Program-made: the position numbers and the translations under genes
The notes under the pieces: generated by a model
Databases searched by the model: none
The model's input: the letters and a program-made list of their open reading frames with translations, nothing else
What the model was told of the DNA's origin: nothing
Origin: an uncultured bacterium
Lineage (GTDB): Bacteria > Patescibacteriota > Minisyncoccia > Phycocordibacterales > CAWITU01
Length of the DNA stretch: 64,000 nucleotides
Direction: 5' to 3'
Assembly (NCBI GenBank): GCA_963839205.1
Contig: CAWITU010000002.1
Coordinates: 772-64,771, forward strand
In this document: one piece after another, positions 54,355-63,113 of the stretch
How the letters are laid out: every line of letters starts with the position of its first letter
How positions within the stretch are numbered: the first letter of the stretch is position 1

Positions 54355-55610
54355 TGAAAAAACTTCTAACTATTGCTGGGCGTATTATCAATTTCAATTC
54401 AATGTTTCTCGGTACTGTTGTAATTGATCGAAGTACTGGTCTGATTGTTGAAATTAAGGCTTACAATCCGAGGGCGGACATTGCCAGTCACGAAGCTTCA
54501 TATTTTTGCTGGTTTTGTTGACCTCCATGTTCACGGCCGAGAAGATTCGACCGCGAAGCAAAACTACAAGGAGGATTATCAGACGCTTGGAGAAGCGGCG
54601 ATAAATGGTGGTGTTGTGGCCTTGGCTTCAATGCCTAATCTACCTCTGCCTCCGACAACGCTCAAACTTTATCGTGAGATTGAGGAGTTGACTCTAAAGT
54701 CTCGGGTGACAGTTATTCCGTACGCAGCAATCGCTCCCGGTTCTCGGCCATTTGGGAAGTATCCATACAAGGGATTCTTGGCCGAATCGGTTAACGATTT
54801 GAAGTTTACTTCGGAGAAGGAGGCAGCAAAAACCCTCCAACATTACCGCGGTAAACATGTTAGTCTCCACTGCGATGATAATGAAATACTGAAGGAGTCG
54901 GCAGGCGAGTCTACGCATGAAAGGCGCCGGCCGGCCTCGTCTGAAGTTCGGGCAGTACGATTTGCCATAAATCAGGCGAGAGAGAACAGGTTCAATCTTA
55001 AGGTAGTTCACTGTTCAACAAAGGAAGGGCTGGGATTAATTGTTCGGGCGAAAAGGAATCGCAATGTAAATATCGTTGTCGAAGCGACACCTCACCATAT
55101 TTCGACAAACATCAGTTTTTTAAATGATGCTAATCGGAGATGGTGGCAGATGAATCCTCCGATTCGCGATCGAGCTGATCAGGAAGCAATTTTAAAGGGG
55201 TTGGAATTAGGTGACATTGATTTTTTTGCCACCGATCACGCTCCTCATACCAAGGAAGAAAAGGAAAAGGGTATGTCAGGTCAACCTCACTTGGATACCT
55301 TCGGATCTATTTCTGACCTCATTAATCGTCCACGAAAGGATTTAACCCGACAATCATTGCTCGGGTGGCTTCCTATAATCCTGGTCGTTGGCTTAATCAG
55401 TTCTTGTCTCGGAAAGCTCCGAGGCTTGGGCAGATTGCTCCAGGATTTGCTGGGTCGTTGACGATTCTTGATTTGGAAACACCGATCAAGTTTACCAATG
55501 CAATGGTGAAGAGTAAGTGCAGGTGGTCGCCTTTCCACGGAAAGACTTTCCCGGGAAGCGTCGCCTACACAATCATCCGTGGGGAGATTGTGAAAGGACA
55601 TGAACTCTAA
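54355..55610 (+). pseudogene. pyrC: dihydroorotase (PyrC-like amidohydrolase) with at least 3 frameshifts
   Basis: The N-terminus MKKLLTIAGRIINF...EASYF stops in a T5 run, just before AGFVDLHVHGRED (ORF 54445). FATDHAPH is present. The C-terminus switches frames twice around 55305-55340 (LFLTSLIVHE / GFNPTIIARVASYNPGRWL) and ends in ORF 55365-55610. Confidence 0.8.
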
Positions 55611-55624
55611 GTTGAAAATTATTT

Positions 55625-55652
55625 GGCCGGCTGCGAAACTACGCAGCCGGCC
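55625..55652. terminator. bidirectional terminator between pyrC and doxX
   Basis: GGCCGGCTGCG-aaacta-CGCAGCCGGCC, flanked by AAAT and TTTTT. Confidence 0.85.
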
Positions 55653-55663
55653 TTTTTGTTTGT

Positions 55664-56071
55664 CTAAAGAGGAAGATCAAAAGCGTAATATCCCGGACCG
55701 CTTAATGTTAGAGAAATTAAGATTACTAAAAGAATAAAGTATAAAACTCTCTCATGTTCAAGTGTTGTTGGGTGTTGAAGTTTAACAATAAAGGCGACCG
55801 CCATGATGACTGCGAGAATTAATGCAGTAGGTTGAGTAAGAAGTCCAACGACTAGAAGCACTCCACCAATTAATTCGATAATTCCCAAAGAGATAGCAAA
55901 GAAAAGACCTTGTCTAAATCCAATTGATTCAAAAAATAGTTTCTTGTGAGTTCTTTTGGTGGTTAATTTCTGATAACCATAAAAAACAAACAAACATCCA
56001 ATCGCCACTCTTAGTAAAAGTGGAGCAAAGAAACGAAAATTTAAAAGATAGGGAATGGTTGAAAGTAACAT
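55664..56071 (-). CDS. DoxX family membrane protein
   Basis: 135 aa, four TM helices. LLRVAIGCLFVFYGYQKL is typical of DoxX. Confidence 0.75.
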   Translation of the reverse strand: MLLSTIPYLLNFRFFAPLLLRVAIGCLFVFYGYQKLTTKRTHKKLFFESIGFRQGLFFAISLGIIELIGGVLLVVGLLTQPTALILAVIMAVAFIVKLQHPTTLEHERVLYFILLVILISLTLSGPGYYAFDLPL

Positions 56072-56095
56072 ACTTTAAGTATAGCATCTCTATAT

Positions 56096-56587
56096 ATGTC
56101 GCAAAGCCCTAAAAAAATAAAAGATATTCGTGTAATTCTCCACGATATTCGAAGTGTTCATAATGTTGGTTCAATATTTCGAACATCGGATGCACTCGGC
56201 GTTTCAAAAATATATTTGACTGGTTACACTCCAACTCCGATAGATCATTTTGGAAAAGTCCGAAGTGATATCTCAAAAACTGCCTTAGGTGCGGAGAAAA
56301 CAATTTCTTGGGAGTATTTTAAAACTGCAAACAATTTAATTAAAAAATTAAAGGCAGAAAAATTTCAAATAATTGCCGTTGAGCAAGATGAAAAATCTAC
56401 AGATTATAAAAAATTTAAACCAAAATATCCGATTGCTATTTTAGTAGGCAATGAGGTTAAAGGAATTTCTAAAACAATTCTTAATAAAGTTGATTTGGTT
56501 GTTGAGATTCCGATGAAAGGGGAGAAGGAGTCGCTCAATGTTGGAGTTGCATTCGGCGTCGCCCTTTTTAGGATTTTGAATATCTAA
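56096..56587 (+). CDS. SpoU/TrmH family RNA 2'-O-methyltransferase
   Basis: HNVGSIFRTSDALGV, LVGNEVKGIS and ESLNVGVAFGVALFRI are SPOUT class motifs. Confidence 0.85.
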   Translation: MSQSPKKIKDIRVILHDIRSVHNVGSIFRTSDALGVSKIYLTGYTPTPIDHFGKVRSDISKTALGAEKTISWEYFKTANNLIKKLKAEKFQIIAVEQDEKSTDYKKFKPKYPIAILVGNEVKGISKTILNKVDLVVEIPMKGEKESLNVGVAFGVALFRILNI

Positions 56588-57500
56588 GTTTCTGGTGAGT
56601 GTCGCAAAAATGGGCGCTTCGGGTTCCAACAATTTTTCTGACAATTTTTCCGCCACATCCTTTTTTAAGACAAGGTAATCCTTTTCTCCTGTAGACCATA
56701 TGTTGAGTTTGAAACTTTCCTCTTTCGCCGTGAATATTTCTATAATCAGAAGTTGAATCTCCTCCAAAATCAATTCCATTTTTTAATACCTCAAGAATTG
56801 ATTTGTATAAAACTTTTAAATCTTTTTCGGGAATATCTTTGACTCGCTCCTCTGGGTTTAGGCTTGACCTAAATAATGCTTCGTCAGAATAAATATTTCC
56901 AATGCCAGCAATTAAGTTTTGATCCATGAGAACTGTTTTAATTCTTCCTGTTGGACGTTTCATTATCTGAGATTTAAAAATTTGGTATGTAAAATCTTTA
57001 TCCAGTGGTTCAGGTCCGATGTCTTTAAGGTGGAGAGATTGGTGAAGATCTTTGGTTTCAATTAAAGTAACTTTTGCGAACTTTCTTACATCAGCAAGGA
57101 CTAGATTTTTATTGTTTGAGAAGGTAAAAACCAAATGAATAAATCTGTTGTATGGGTCAGTAAGGGGACCTTCTTTAAGTGCAGTCCAGCGTTGTTTTTT
57201 CTCCTTAGGATTAAAAAAATATTGCCCATACATTAGGTGACCCGTCATCTTCATGTGAATAAGAATGGTGACATCACCACTTAAGTGAATTAAAACATTC
57301 TTTGCTCTACGTGTAGAGGACAATATTTTTTTATCGAGTACTTTCTTCTTAAAATTTTGAAAGAATATTTTGTCCTTTATATTATCTTTACCAATATGAG
57401 TCACACTTAGGTAATCAGTCCAGACATCAGAAATAACTAAACCCTTAGTAAGTTTATTGATTCCATCAACTGTTGTCTGGACTTCAGGAAGTTCTGGCAT
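56568..57500 (-). CDS. mutM: formamidopyrimidine-DNA glycosylase (Fpg/MutM/Nei family)
   Basis: MPELPEV N-terminus, the H2TH region LMDQNLIAGIGNIYSDEALF, and the C-terminal zinc finger CLKKGCGGKIVRKIVGTRSAHFC. Confidence 0.9.
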   Translation of the reverse strand: MPELPEVQTTVDGINKLTKGLVISDVWTDYLSVTHIGKDNIKDKIFFQNFKKKVLDKKILSSTRRAKNVLIHLSGDVTILIHMKMTGHLMYGQYFFNPKEKKQRWTALKEGPLTDPYNRFIHLVFTFSNNKNLVLADVRKFAKVTLIETKDLHQSLHLKDIGPEPLDKDFTYQIFKSQIMKRPTGRIKTVLMDQNLIAGIGNIYSDEALFRSSLNPEERVKDIPEKDLKVLYKSILEVLKNGIDFGGDSTSDYRNIHGERGKFQTQHMVYRRKGLPCLKKGCGGKIVRKIVGTRSAHFCDTHQKLRYSKS

Positions 57501-58816
57501 TATTTTTTAAGTTCCAAATATTTTTTTAGTTCCTCTTTGGCAACTTCAGCGTCACTCCAAATAGTTCGAGTATTGTTTGGTCCCATGATGTATGGGTCGG
57601 TTCCTTTGCCTGTTATGATTACCGTATCACCAGTTTTAGCCTTAGATACAGCCCTCGCAATCGCTTCGCGTCTCTTCATAATTATTTCATATCGTTTCTC
57701 AGTGATTCCCTTAGCCATATCTGCCAGTATGTTCTCGGGTTTTTCATCGTAAGGGTCCTCGTCAGTCAGAATTATTTCGTCACAGTAGGTGTCAGCAATT
57801 TTACCCATCTCAGGTCTTTTCCATTTGTCGCGGCCGCCGCCTGTGTTGCCTAGAACACAGACGCGGCGGCCGGTCTTGAATACTTCATAAATTTTTTTAA
57901 GAGAGTCTGGGGTGTGAGCGTAATCAACAATTACTCTGAAATCTTGTTTCAAAAATAATGGATCAGTTTCATCAAGTGTTATCTTTTGTACTCGGCCAAG
58001 GATTCCTTTAAATTTTTCTAAGGCATTTTTGATTGTATCTAAGTGCACACCTTCTTGCGTCTTCGTATAAGTAATTGCTGCAAGAATATTTGAGATATTA
58101 AAAATCCCTGGCAAGTTTGTACTTATTTTTTCTCCAAGGTAAGTTATTTCAGAACCTTCAGTACCCAAGACAAATGGTTCGGCTTCAGCTAACGAATATG
58201 TTAATTTTTCAAGACCATCAATCTTCAGGAATCTTTCACTTTCTTTATCATCCGCATTAGCTACCAAAATCTTTCTTGGTTTATTAGATTTTGCTAATGC
58301 TAGAGCTATGCTTAGTTTAGCCCTAACGTATTTTTCGTATGAGCCATGCGATTCAATATGTTCGGGTGAAAGGTTGGTGAAAAGCAGAGCGTCAGAATCA
58401 ATAAATCGATGTCGGTATTGTTTTGCTCCCTCGGAAGTCATTTCTAAAATTGCATAGTCACATTTTGCAGTCACTGCATCTCTTAAAAATTTCTGAACAA
58501 AAAATCTTCCTGGAATCGTCATTTTGTATTTATTCGCTCTTGACTCATCCCCAATTTTAAATCGAACAGTTCCTGCGAGTGACGTTTTGTACCCAGCTTC
58601 TTCCAGGATGGCATTTACTACTTCAACTGTTGAGGACTTTCCTTTGGTACCTGTGACCATTACAACTTTAATATTTCGTGAAGGAAAGTTATAAATGACT
58701 GCCCCTGAAAGTGCTAATAGAAAGTGGTAGGAAGGTTGAGCAAAGGCAAAAATATTTCTCGGAATATATTTTTTTATTGTTCGAAGAACATTGTCCGCAC
58801 TCATATTATTTTCCAA
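57500..58816 (-). CDS. murE: Mur ligase family protein (MurE-like)
   Basis: VTGTKGKSST P-loop, IVDYAHTPDSL, VLGNTGGGRDKWKRPEMG, and LTDEDPYDE (DNPR-like). Confidence 0.7.
   Translation of the reverse strand: MENNMSADNVLRTIKKYIPRNIFAFAQPSYHFLLALSGAVIYNFPSRNIKVVMVTGTKGKSSTVEVVNAILEEAGYKTSLAGTVRFKIGDESRANKYKMTIPGRFFVQKFLRDAVTAKCDYAILEMTSEGAKQYRHRFIDSDALLFTNLSPEHIESHGSYEKYVRAKLSIALALAKSNKPRKILVANADDKESERFLKIDGLEKLTYSLAEAEPFVLGTEGSEITYLGEKISTNLPGIFNISNILAAITYTKTQEGVHLDTIKNALEKFKGILGRVQKITLDETDPLFLKQDFRVIVDYAHTPDSLKKIYEVFKTGRRVCVLGNTGGGRDKWKRPEMGKIADTYCDEIILTDEDPYDEKPENILADMAKGITEKRYEIIMKRREAIARAVSKAKTGDTVIITGKGTDPYIMGPNNTRTIWSDAEVAKEELKKYLELKK
57831..57872. repeat. intragenic hairpin, 10+7 bp stem with 2-nt bulge, 6-nt loop (murE-like)
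   Basis: CGGCCGCCGC-CTGTGTT-gcctag-AACACAG-ac-GCGGCGGCCG, encoding RRVCVLGNTGGGRD. Confidence 0.9.
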
Positions 58817-59369
58817 GAATTTTAAGTGCCGCTTTTATGCGATCAGAAGGGGAGACTAATTCTCCAGAAATTTCGCGAAGTGCTTCCCGTGCTTCTTTGT
58901 GTGAATAACCCATCGCTTTTAAAGCTTCGAGCGTTTCAACTTCATCTTTTAAATTAATTTCATTTTCTTCTTTATCAAATTTTCCTTTAAGTTCCAAAAC
59001 AATCTTGTCGGCGATTTTTTTACCAACGCCCGAAACTTTTACTAAGTGGGTTGTATCACCAGAGGACACAGCTTTTTTAAGAGAAGAGATTGTGGCGAGA
59101 TTGAGTACTGTCATCGCAGTCTTTGGACCGATTCCGGATATGCCAATTAACATTCCAAAAAAATCTAATGCCGGTTTGTCCTCGAAGCCATAAAGATCGA
59201 GGGCGTTTTCACTTACTGCAAGGTGAGTCCAAAAATCTAATTGCTCTCCTTCTTTAGCTCTATCAATTATGTGAGTTGGAACAGTCACCTTGAAACCAAC
59301 GCCTCCAACATCAATAACTAAGAACCTTTCTGCTAGATGAATAACCTTCCCAGAGAGTTTGTAAATCAT
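58806..59369 (-). CDS. ruvA: Holliday junction DNA helicase RuvA
   Basis: MIYKLSGKV..., helix-hairpin-helix repeats (GISGIGPKTAM, VSGVGKKIADKI), and a C-terminal domain III. Confidence 0.9.
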   Translation of the reverse strand: MIYKLSGKVIHLAERFLVIDVGGVGFKVTVPTHIIDRAKEGEQLDFWTHLAVSENALDLYGFEDKPALDFFGMLIGISGIGPKTAMTVLNLATISSLKKAVSSGDTTHLVKVSGVGKKIADKIVLELKGKFDKEENEINLKDEVETLEALKAMGYSHKEAREALREISGELVSPSDRIKAALKILGK

Positions 59370-59424
59370 ACTTGTATATTAGCAAAATTTGCCATTTCTA
59401 TCATCATTTGGTATATTCTTTGCC

Positions 59425-59688
59425 ATGCCTATCACATCTGGTGCCAAGAAAGCTCTACGAAGTTCAAAGACCAAAAGAGTCTTTAATGTTCGCCGTGCTG
59501 AAAAAGCTGCCAAACTAATTAACCAAATCAGAAAGTTGGTCAAAGCCCAAAAAACTGAAGACGCTGAAAAGCTTCTTTCTTCCGCTTACAAGGCACTCGA
59601 CAAAGCTGCCAAGGCTCACACAATCAAAAAGAATACCGCTTCCAGAAAGAAATCTCGCCTCGCTAAACTCATTAAGACTTTAAAATAA
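59425..59688 (+). CDS. rpsT: 30S ribosomal protein S20
   Basis: MPITSGAKKALRSSKTKRVFNVRRAEKAAKLINQIRKL... (87 aa). The track ORF is N-extended. Confidence 0.9.
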   Translation: MPITSGAKKALRSSKTKRVFNVRRAEKAAKLINQIRKLVKAQKTEDAEKLLSSAYKALDKAAKAHTIKKNTASRKKSRLAKLIKTLK

Positions 59689-59700
59689 TAAAAAAGAAAA

Positions 59701-59729
59701 AGCGCTTCGCACACAAATTGCGAAGCGCT
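59701..59729. terminator. bidirectional terminator between rpsT and the antiporter gene
   Basis: AGCGCTTCGCA-cacaaat-TGCGAAGCGCT, flanked by AAAAA and TTTTTTT. Confidence 0.85.
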
Positions 59730-59742
59730 TTTTTTATGTATA

Positions 59743-60792
59743 TTAGGAGTGGAAGAAAAAGGCAACTGCGATAATCACATAAGTAATCATCAGTTGAATT
59801 CCTTCGAGCCAGTTGCTTTCACCGTCTTCAATAACTGCGTTTGCGATGAACACTGAAAGGACTATTGCTACCAATTCAAAAATATTGAAAACCAAATTCA
59901 TTTTGTATGGAAGGAAAAGACTAACAATAACCAAAAGAGGGGCGACAAATAAAGCCATCTGCGTTGCGGAACCAAATGAAATTTGAAGCGAGATGTCCAT
60001 TCTGTTTTTAATTGCAACAGTAACAGCAGAAGCGTGTTCTGCAATATTTCCAATAATGGCTAGGATAACGACACCAATGAATAATTGAGTCCAACCAAGT
60101 GAATCAATTGCTCCACTTATTGAATTAACTAAAATATCTGACATCCAAACAACACAAAGGGTCGCCAAGACGAGAATGGTTATTCCTTTTGCTCGTGACC
60201 ACTTCGGTTCATATTTTTCCAATTCATCAAGATATAAGTGCTTGTGAGTATAAAGAGAAAATAAAAGGCCTGCGATATAAACAACAATCATTGATATCGA
60301 AACAAATACACTTAGATTCTGAATAGCGGCCTGACCAATGTTTGGAGAAGTTAAAAGAAATATGGCAGGAATAACCAAAGAAATTACTCCGACTAGGAGT
60401 GTTGAAGCCCCAGCACGTGCCGCTGTTATATTGAATGTTTGCTTCTTCTGTCTTAACCCGCCAAAGAACATGGCCATACCAAGAACCAAGAGTAAGTTTC
60501 CAATTATGGAACCAGTAATTGAGGCTTTTACTACTTCAATTAAGCCTTTTTGAAGCGCAAGAATACCAATCACAAGCTCAGTCGCATTTCCGAGGGTAGC
60601 ATTTAGAAAACCACCAACGGCAGGACCAGATCTTCCAGATATTTCTTCAGTTGCTTCTCCTAAATATTTTGCTAGTGGGACGATGGCCAGGGCCGAAATA
60701 AAAAATAAGATAACATCTGGAACACCAATATAACTGCCAATGACAGCCACTGGTATTAACACTAATAGTGCTAGAGAAATTTTATCAATCAT
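59743..60792 (-). CDS. Ca2+/cation:H+ antiporter (CaCA family)
   Basis: 349 aa, about 10-11 TM helices, with alpha-repeat signatures GNATELVIGILAL and GNIAEHASAV. Confidence 0.85.
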   Translation of the reverse strand: MIDKISLALLVLIPVAVIGSYIGVPDVILFFISALAIVPLAKYLGEATEEISGRSGPAVGGFLNATLGNATELVIGILALQKGLIEVVKASITGSIIGNLLLVLGMAMFFGGLRQKKQTFNITAARAGASTLLVGVISLVIPAIFLLTSPNIGQAAIQNLSVFVSISMIVVYIAGLLFSLYTHKHLYLDELEKYEPKWSRAKGITILVLATLCVVWMSDILVNSISGAIDSLGWTQLFIGVVILAIIGNIAEHASAVTVAIKNRMDISLQISFGSATQMALFVAPLLVIVSLFLPYKMNLVFNIFELVAIVLSVFIANAVIEDGESNWLEGIQLMITYVIIAVAFFFHS

Positions 60793-60793
60793 A

Positions 60794-61264
60794 TTAGAAA
60801 CCGAGATATTCCATTACTTTAACTGAAAGTGATTCGACATGTTCTTCTTCCGGAAGTCGGGCGCTTAAGAATGAATGAACTTCATCAGGGTGAATACCTT
60901 CAATCGGAATAACAATATGTGGCATCATAACTTTAATAGATTTTAAAATTAGTTTTGGTCTTGGGGTTTGGTTGTAATCTTCAACCCAGAATGATTCGAG
61001 GGTGGGGTATGGATAAAGTGTTTTTTCAATTCGAATGCCTTTTTTACTTAGTTCATATGTAATAAGTTTTGATGGTCGCTTTGTGTACAAGACTAATGCG
61101 AATACACCAATCGCAATTACTAGAGCAAAGAGATAATCATTCCAAATTATTGAAAGAGCAATAATTGAGAGCGTAATAATTGCAACCGCCCAGTACCAAT
61201 CGGTACTTCTTTCGTAGTGATCGTATTCGTGCGCTTGCCAACGTAAGGGTATTACATCTGCCAT
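60794..61264 (-). CDS. two-TM hypothetical membrane protein (156 aa)
   Basis: Intact ORF starting 2 nt upstream of the antiporter gene. Two adjacent TM helices are followed by a soluble domain. Confidence 0.55.
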   Translation of the reverse strand: MADVIPLRWQAHEYDHYERSTDWYWAVAIITLSIIALSIIWNDYLFALVIAIGVFALVLYTKRPSKLITYELSKKGIRIEKTLYPYPTLESFWVEDYNQTPRPKLILKSIKVMMPHIVIPIEGIHPDEVHSFLSARLPEEEHVESLSVKVMEYLGF

Positions 61265-61318
61265 ACAATAAGTATATCAGAAATTGCCGATTTAATAATT
61301 ATTTGTTAGAGTATTTTC

Positions 61319-61555
61319 ATGATAAGCCATTCATTCTTGTTTTTATTAGCCCTGTTGGTTATTTGGAGCCTCGTTTGGAAAGGTTTGGCCCTTTGGAAGT
61401 CAGCCAGACGCGATGATTTATGGTGGTTCCTTGCAATTCTTATCATAAACACGGCTGGTATTCTTGAAATAATTTACATTTTCTTCATAGCTAACGGTCC
61501 TGATAAAGAAAAATCAAGGATCGAAGTTGATATTGAGATAGGAAAGAAAGAGTAG
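61319..61555 (+). CDS. small two-TM membrane protein (DUF5652-like, tentative)
   Basis: LVWKGLALWKSARRDDLWWFLAILIINTAGILEIIYIFF resembles a small membrane protein family common in small-genome bacteria. Confidence 0.55.
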   Translation: MISHSFLFLLALLVIWSLVWKGLALWKSARRDDLWWFLAILIINTAGILEIIYIFFIANGPDKEKSRIEVDIEIGKKE

Positions 61556-61560
61556 CTACT

Positions 61561-61598
61561 CTATCGCACTTGTCTTAGAATATTGAAAACAGGAGGAG
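61561..61598 (+). repeat. partial copy of the tRNA-Ser D/anticodon-arm region with a 7-nt insertion in the anticodon loop
   Basis: CTATCGCACtTGTCTT[AGAATAT]GAAAACAGGAGGaGT compared with the tRNA-Ser internal CTATCGCACCTGTCTTGAAAACAGGAGGGGT. It lies 24 nt upstream of the intact gene. Confidence 0.7.
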
Positions 61599-61622
61599 TG
61601 AAAATTATTTCAGGATATCAGT

Positions 61623-61713
61623 GCGGAGGAGTGGCAGAGAGGTCTATCGCACCTGTCTTGAAAACAGGAGGGGTCGTAAGGCTCCCGTGAGTTCGAATCT
61701 CACCTCCTCCGCA
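61623..61713 (+). tRNA. tRNA-Ser (anticodon UGA), class II long variable arm, no encoded CCA
   Basis: Acceptor GCGGAGG/CCTCCGC, anticodon arm CCTGT-CTTGAAA-ACAGG, variable arm GGGGTCGTAAGGCTCCC, T-arm GTGAG-TTCGAAT-CTCAC. Confidence 0.9.
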
Positions 61714-61796
61714 CTGATTCTGACTCCAGAGCTATTTTATATTGACGAAACAGACTTTCGTGATATTGTGTGTTTTAAATAAGGAGGGGGATATAA

Positions 61797-62132
61797 ATGG
61801 ATCATTTAAAAAACTTGTCTAAGGAAGAGCTTACTGAGCTGTTACAAAAAGATCGGGACCAAATTGCAGAGAAGGATGAAAATATTTTACGAGAAATTCA
61901 TGAAAGGAACCTTTTGGCTAGCCGGGTGGGAATTCTCAAGGAATTGCTTGGTCTGCCCTTGCGTGATGAAGCTCTTGAACGGAAAAAACTCATGAGGCAT
62001 CGAATACAGGCAGTAATTCTGGCGGAACATCCTGAAAAGGTTGAACAGCTATTTTCTTTCATTATGGCGTGGTCCTTTTCTCATCAGGTAGTTCAAAGCG
62101 AAAAGAGGAAGCAAAATAAAACCAGTTGTTGA
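61797..62132 (+). CDS. hypothetical protein (111 aa)
   Basis: ORF with a GGAGGGGG RBS upstream and a terminator overlapping its stop. No family recognised. Confidence 0.55.
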   Translation: MDHLKNLSKEELTELLQKDRDQIAEKDENILREIHERNLLASRVGILKELLGLPLRDEALERKKLMRHRIQAVILAEHPEKVEQLFSFIMAWSFSHQVVQSEKRKQNKTSC

Positions 62133-62163
62133 ATGGCGGCCCTGAATCAATCGGGCCGCCATT
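62132..62163. terminator. bidirectional terminator
   Basis: AATGGCGGCCC-tgaatcaatc-GGGCCGCCATT, followed by TCTGTTT. Confidence 0.8.
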
Positions 62164-62168
62164 TCTGT

Positions 62169-62459
62169 TTATTTTATTGCCCTTTCTTTTTTTAGAATCT
62201 CAAATTTCTTTTTGATACCTCCTCTATTGTATCCGCCCATTTTACCGTCGCTCCTTATTACTCTATGACAGGGTACTTTTGGATTGAAGTTTTGTTTCAT
62301 TATTGAGCCAACCACGCGAGATGCGTTTGGACTATCAGCTTTTATCGCCACTTGTTTGTATGACATTGTCTTTCCTTTAGGAATGTGGGATACAACCAGT
62401 AAGACTTTTTCTTTAAAAGTTTTTAGCATATTATAGAGATGTCTATTATCAATAAACAA
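62169..62459 (-). CDS. ogt: methylated-DNA--protein-cysteine methyltransferase (MGMT/Ogt DNA-binding domain protein)
   Basis: IPKGKTMSYKQVA...VPCHRVIRSDGKMGGY contains the PCHRV active-site motif. The start is possibly the internal Met at 62432. Confidence 0.85.
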   Translation of the reverse strand: MFIDNRHLYNMLKTFKEKVLLVVSHIPKGKTMSYKQVAIKADSPNASRVVGSIMKQNFNPKVPCHRVIRSDGKMGGYNRGGIKKKFEILKKERAIK

Positions 62460-63110
62460 AACAGCATGTCAACACAAAAAGAAGTATTAGAGGCTCTTAA
62501 TTGGCGATATGCCACCAAATCATTCGATCCGAACAAAAAATTAACTCAAGAACAATTGGATTTCCTACTCGAAGCCATCCGTCTAGCCCCTTCATCTTTC
62601 GGAATTCAGCCATGGGAATTTATTGTTGTAACAAACCCTGAAATTAGAGCGAAATTAAAAGATGCCTCCTATGGGCAAGCTCAGGTCACCGAAGCTTCTC
62701 ATTTGATTGTTTTTGCCATTAAGAAAAATATTGATAGCCCATTTGTAGATAACTTTATTAAATCTGTTGCAAACACAAGGGGAACAACAGTTGATAGTTT
62801 GAAAGGGTACTCTGACGGAATAAAGGGTGCTGTAAGTTCTAGAACTCCTGATGGTGTAAAAGAATGGTCTGCTCGACAAGTGTATATTGCACTGGGTGTA
62901 CTTCTTTTGGCGGCAGCTGAAGTTGGAATTGATGCGGGACCAATGGAGGGATTTGATCCACAAAAATTTGATGAAATCCTTAGTCTTGAAAAATTAGGAC
63001 TTGAATCAAAAGTTATTGCCGTAGTAGGTTTTAGAAAAGAGGGTGATCCATATTCTCTTGAAAAAAAGGTCAGATTTCCAAAAGAAGAAGTTATTCTTGA
63101 AGTAAAATAA
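62439..63110 (+). CDS. NAD(P)H nitroreductase family protein
   Basis: LNWRYATKSFDPNKKLTQEQLDFLLEAIRLAPSSFGIQPWEFIVV is the classical nitroreductase N-terminus. Confidence 0.85.
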   Translation: MSIINKQNSMSTQKEVLEALNWRYATKSFDPNKKLTQEQLDFLLEAIRLAPSSFGIQPWEFIVVTNPEIRAKLKDASYGQAQVTEASHLIVFAIKKNIDSPFVDNFIKSVANTRGTTVDSLKGYSDGIKGAVSSRTPDGVKEWSARQVYIALGVLLLAAAEVGIDAGPMEGFDPQKFDEILSLEKLGLESKVIAVVGFRKEGDPYSLEKKVRFPKEEVILEVK

Positions 63111-63113
63111 ATT

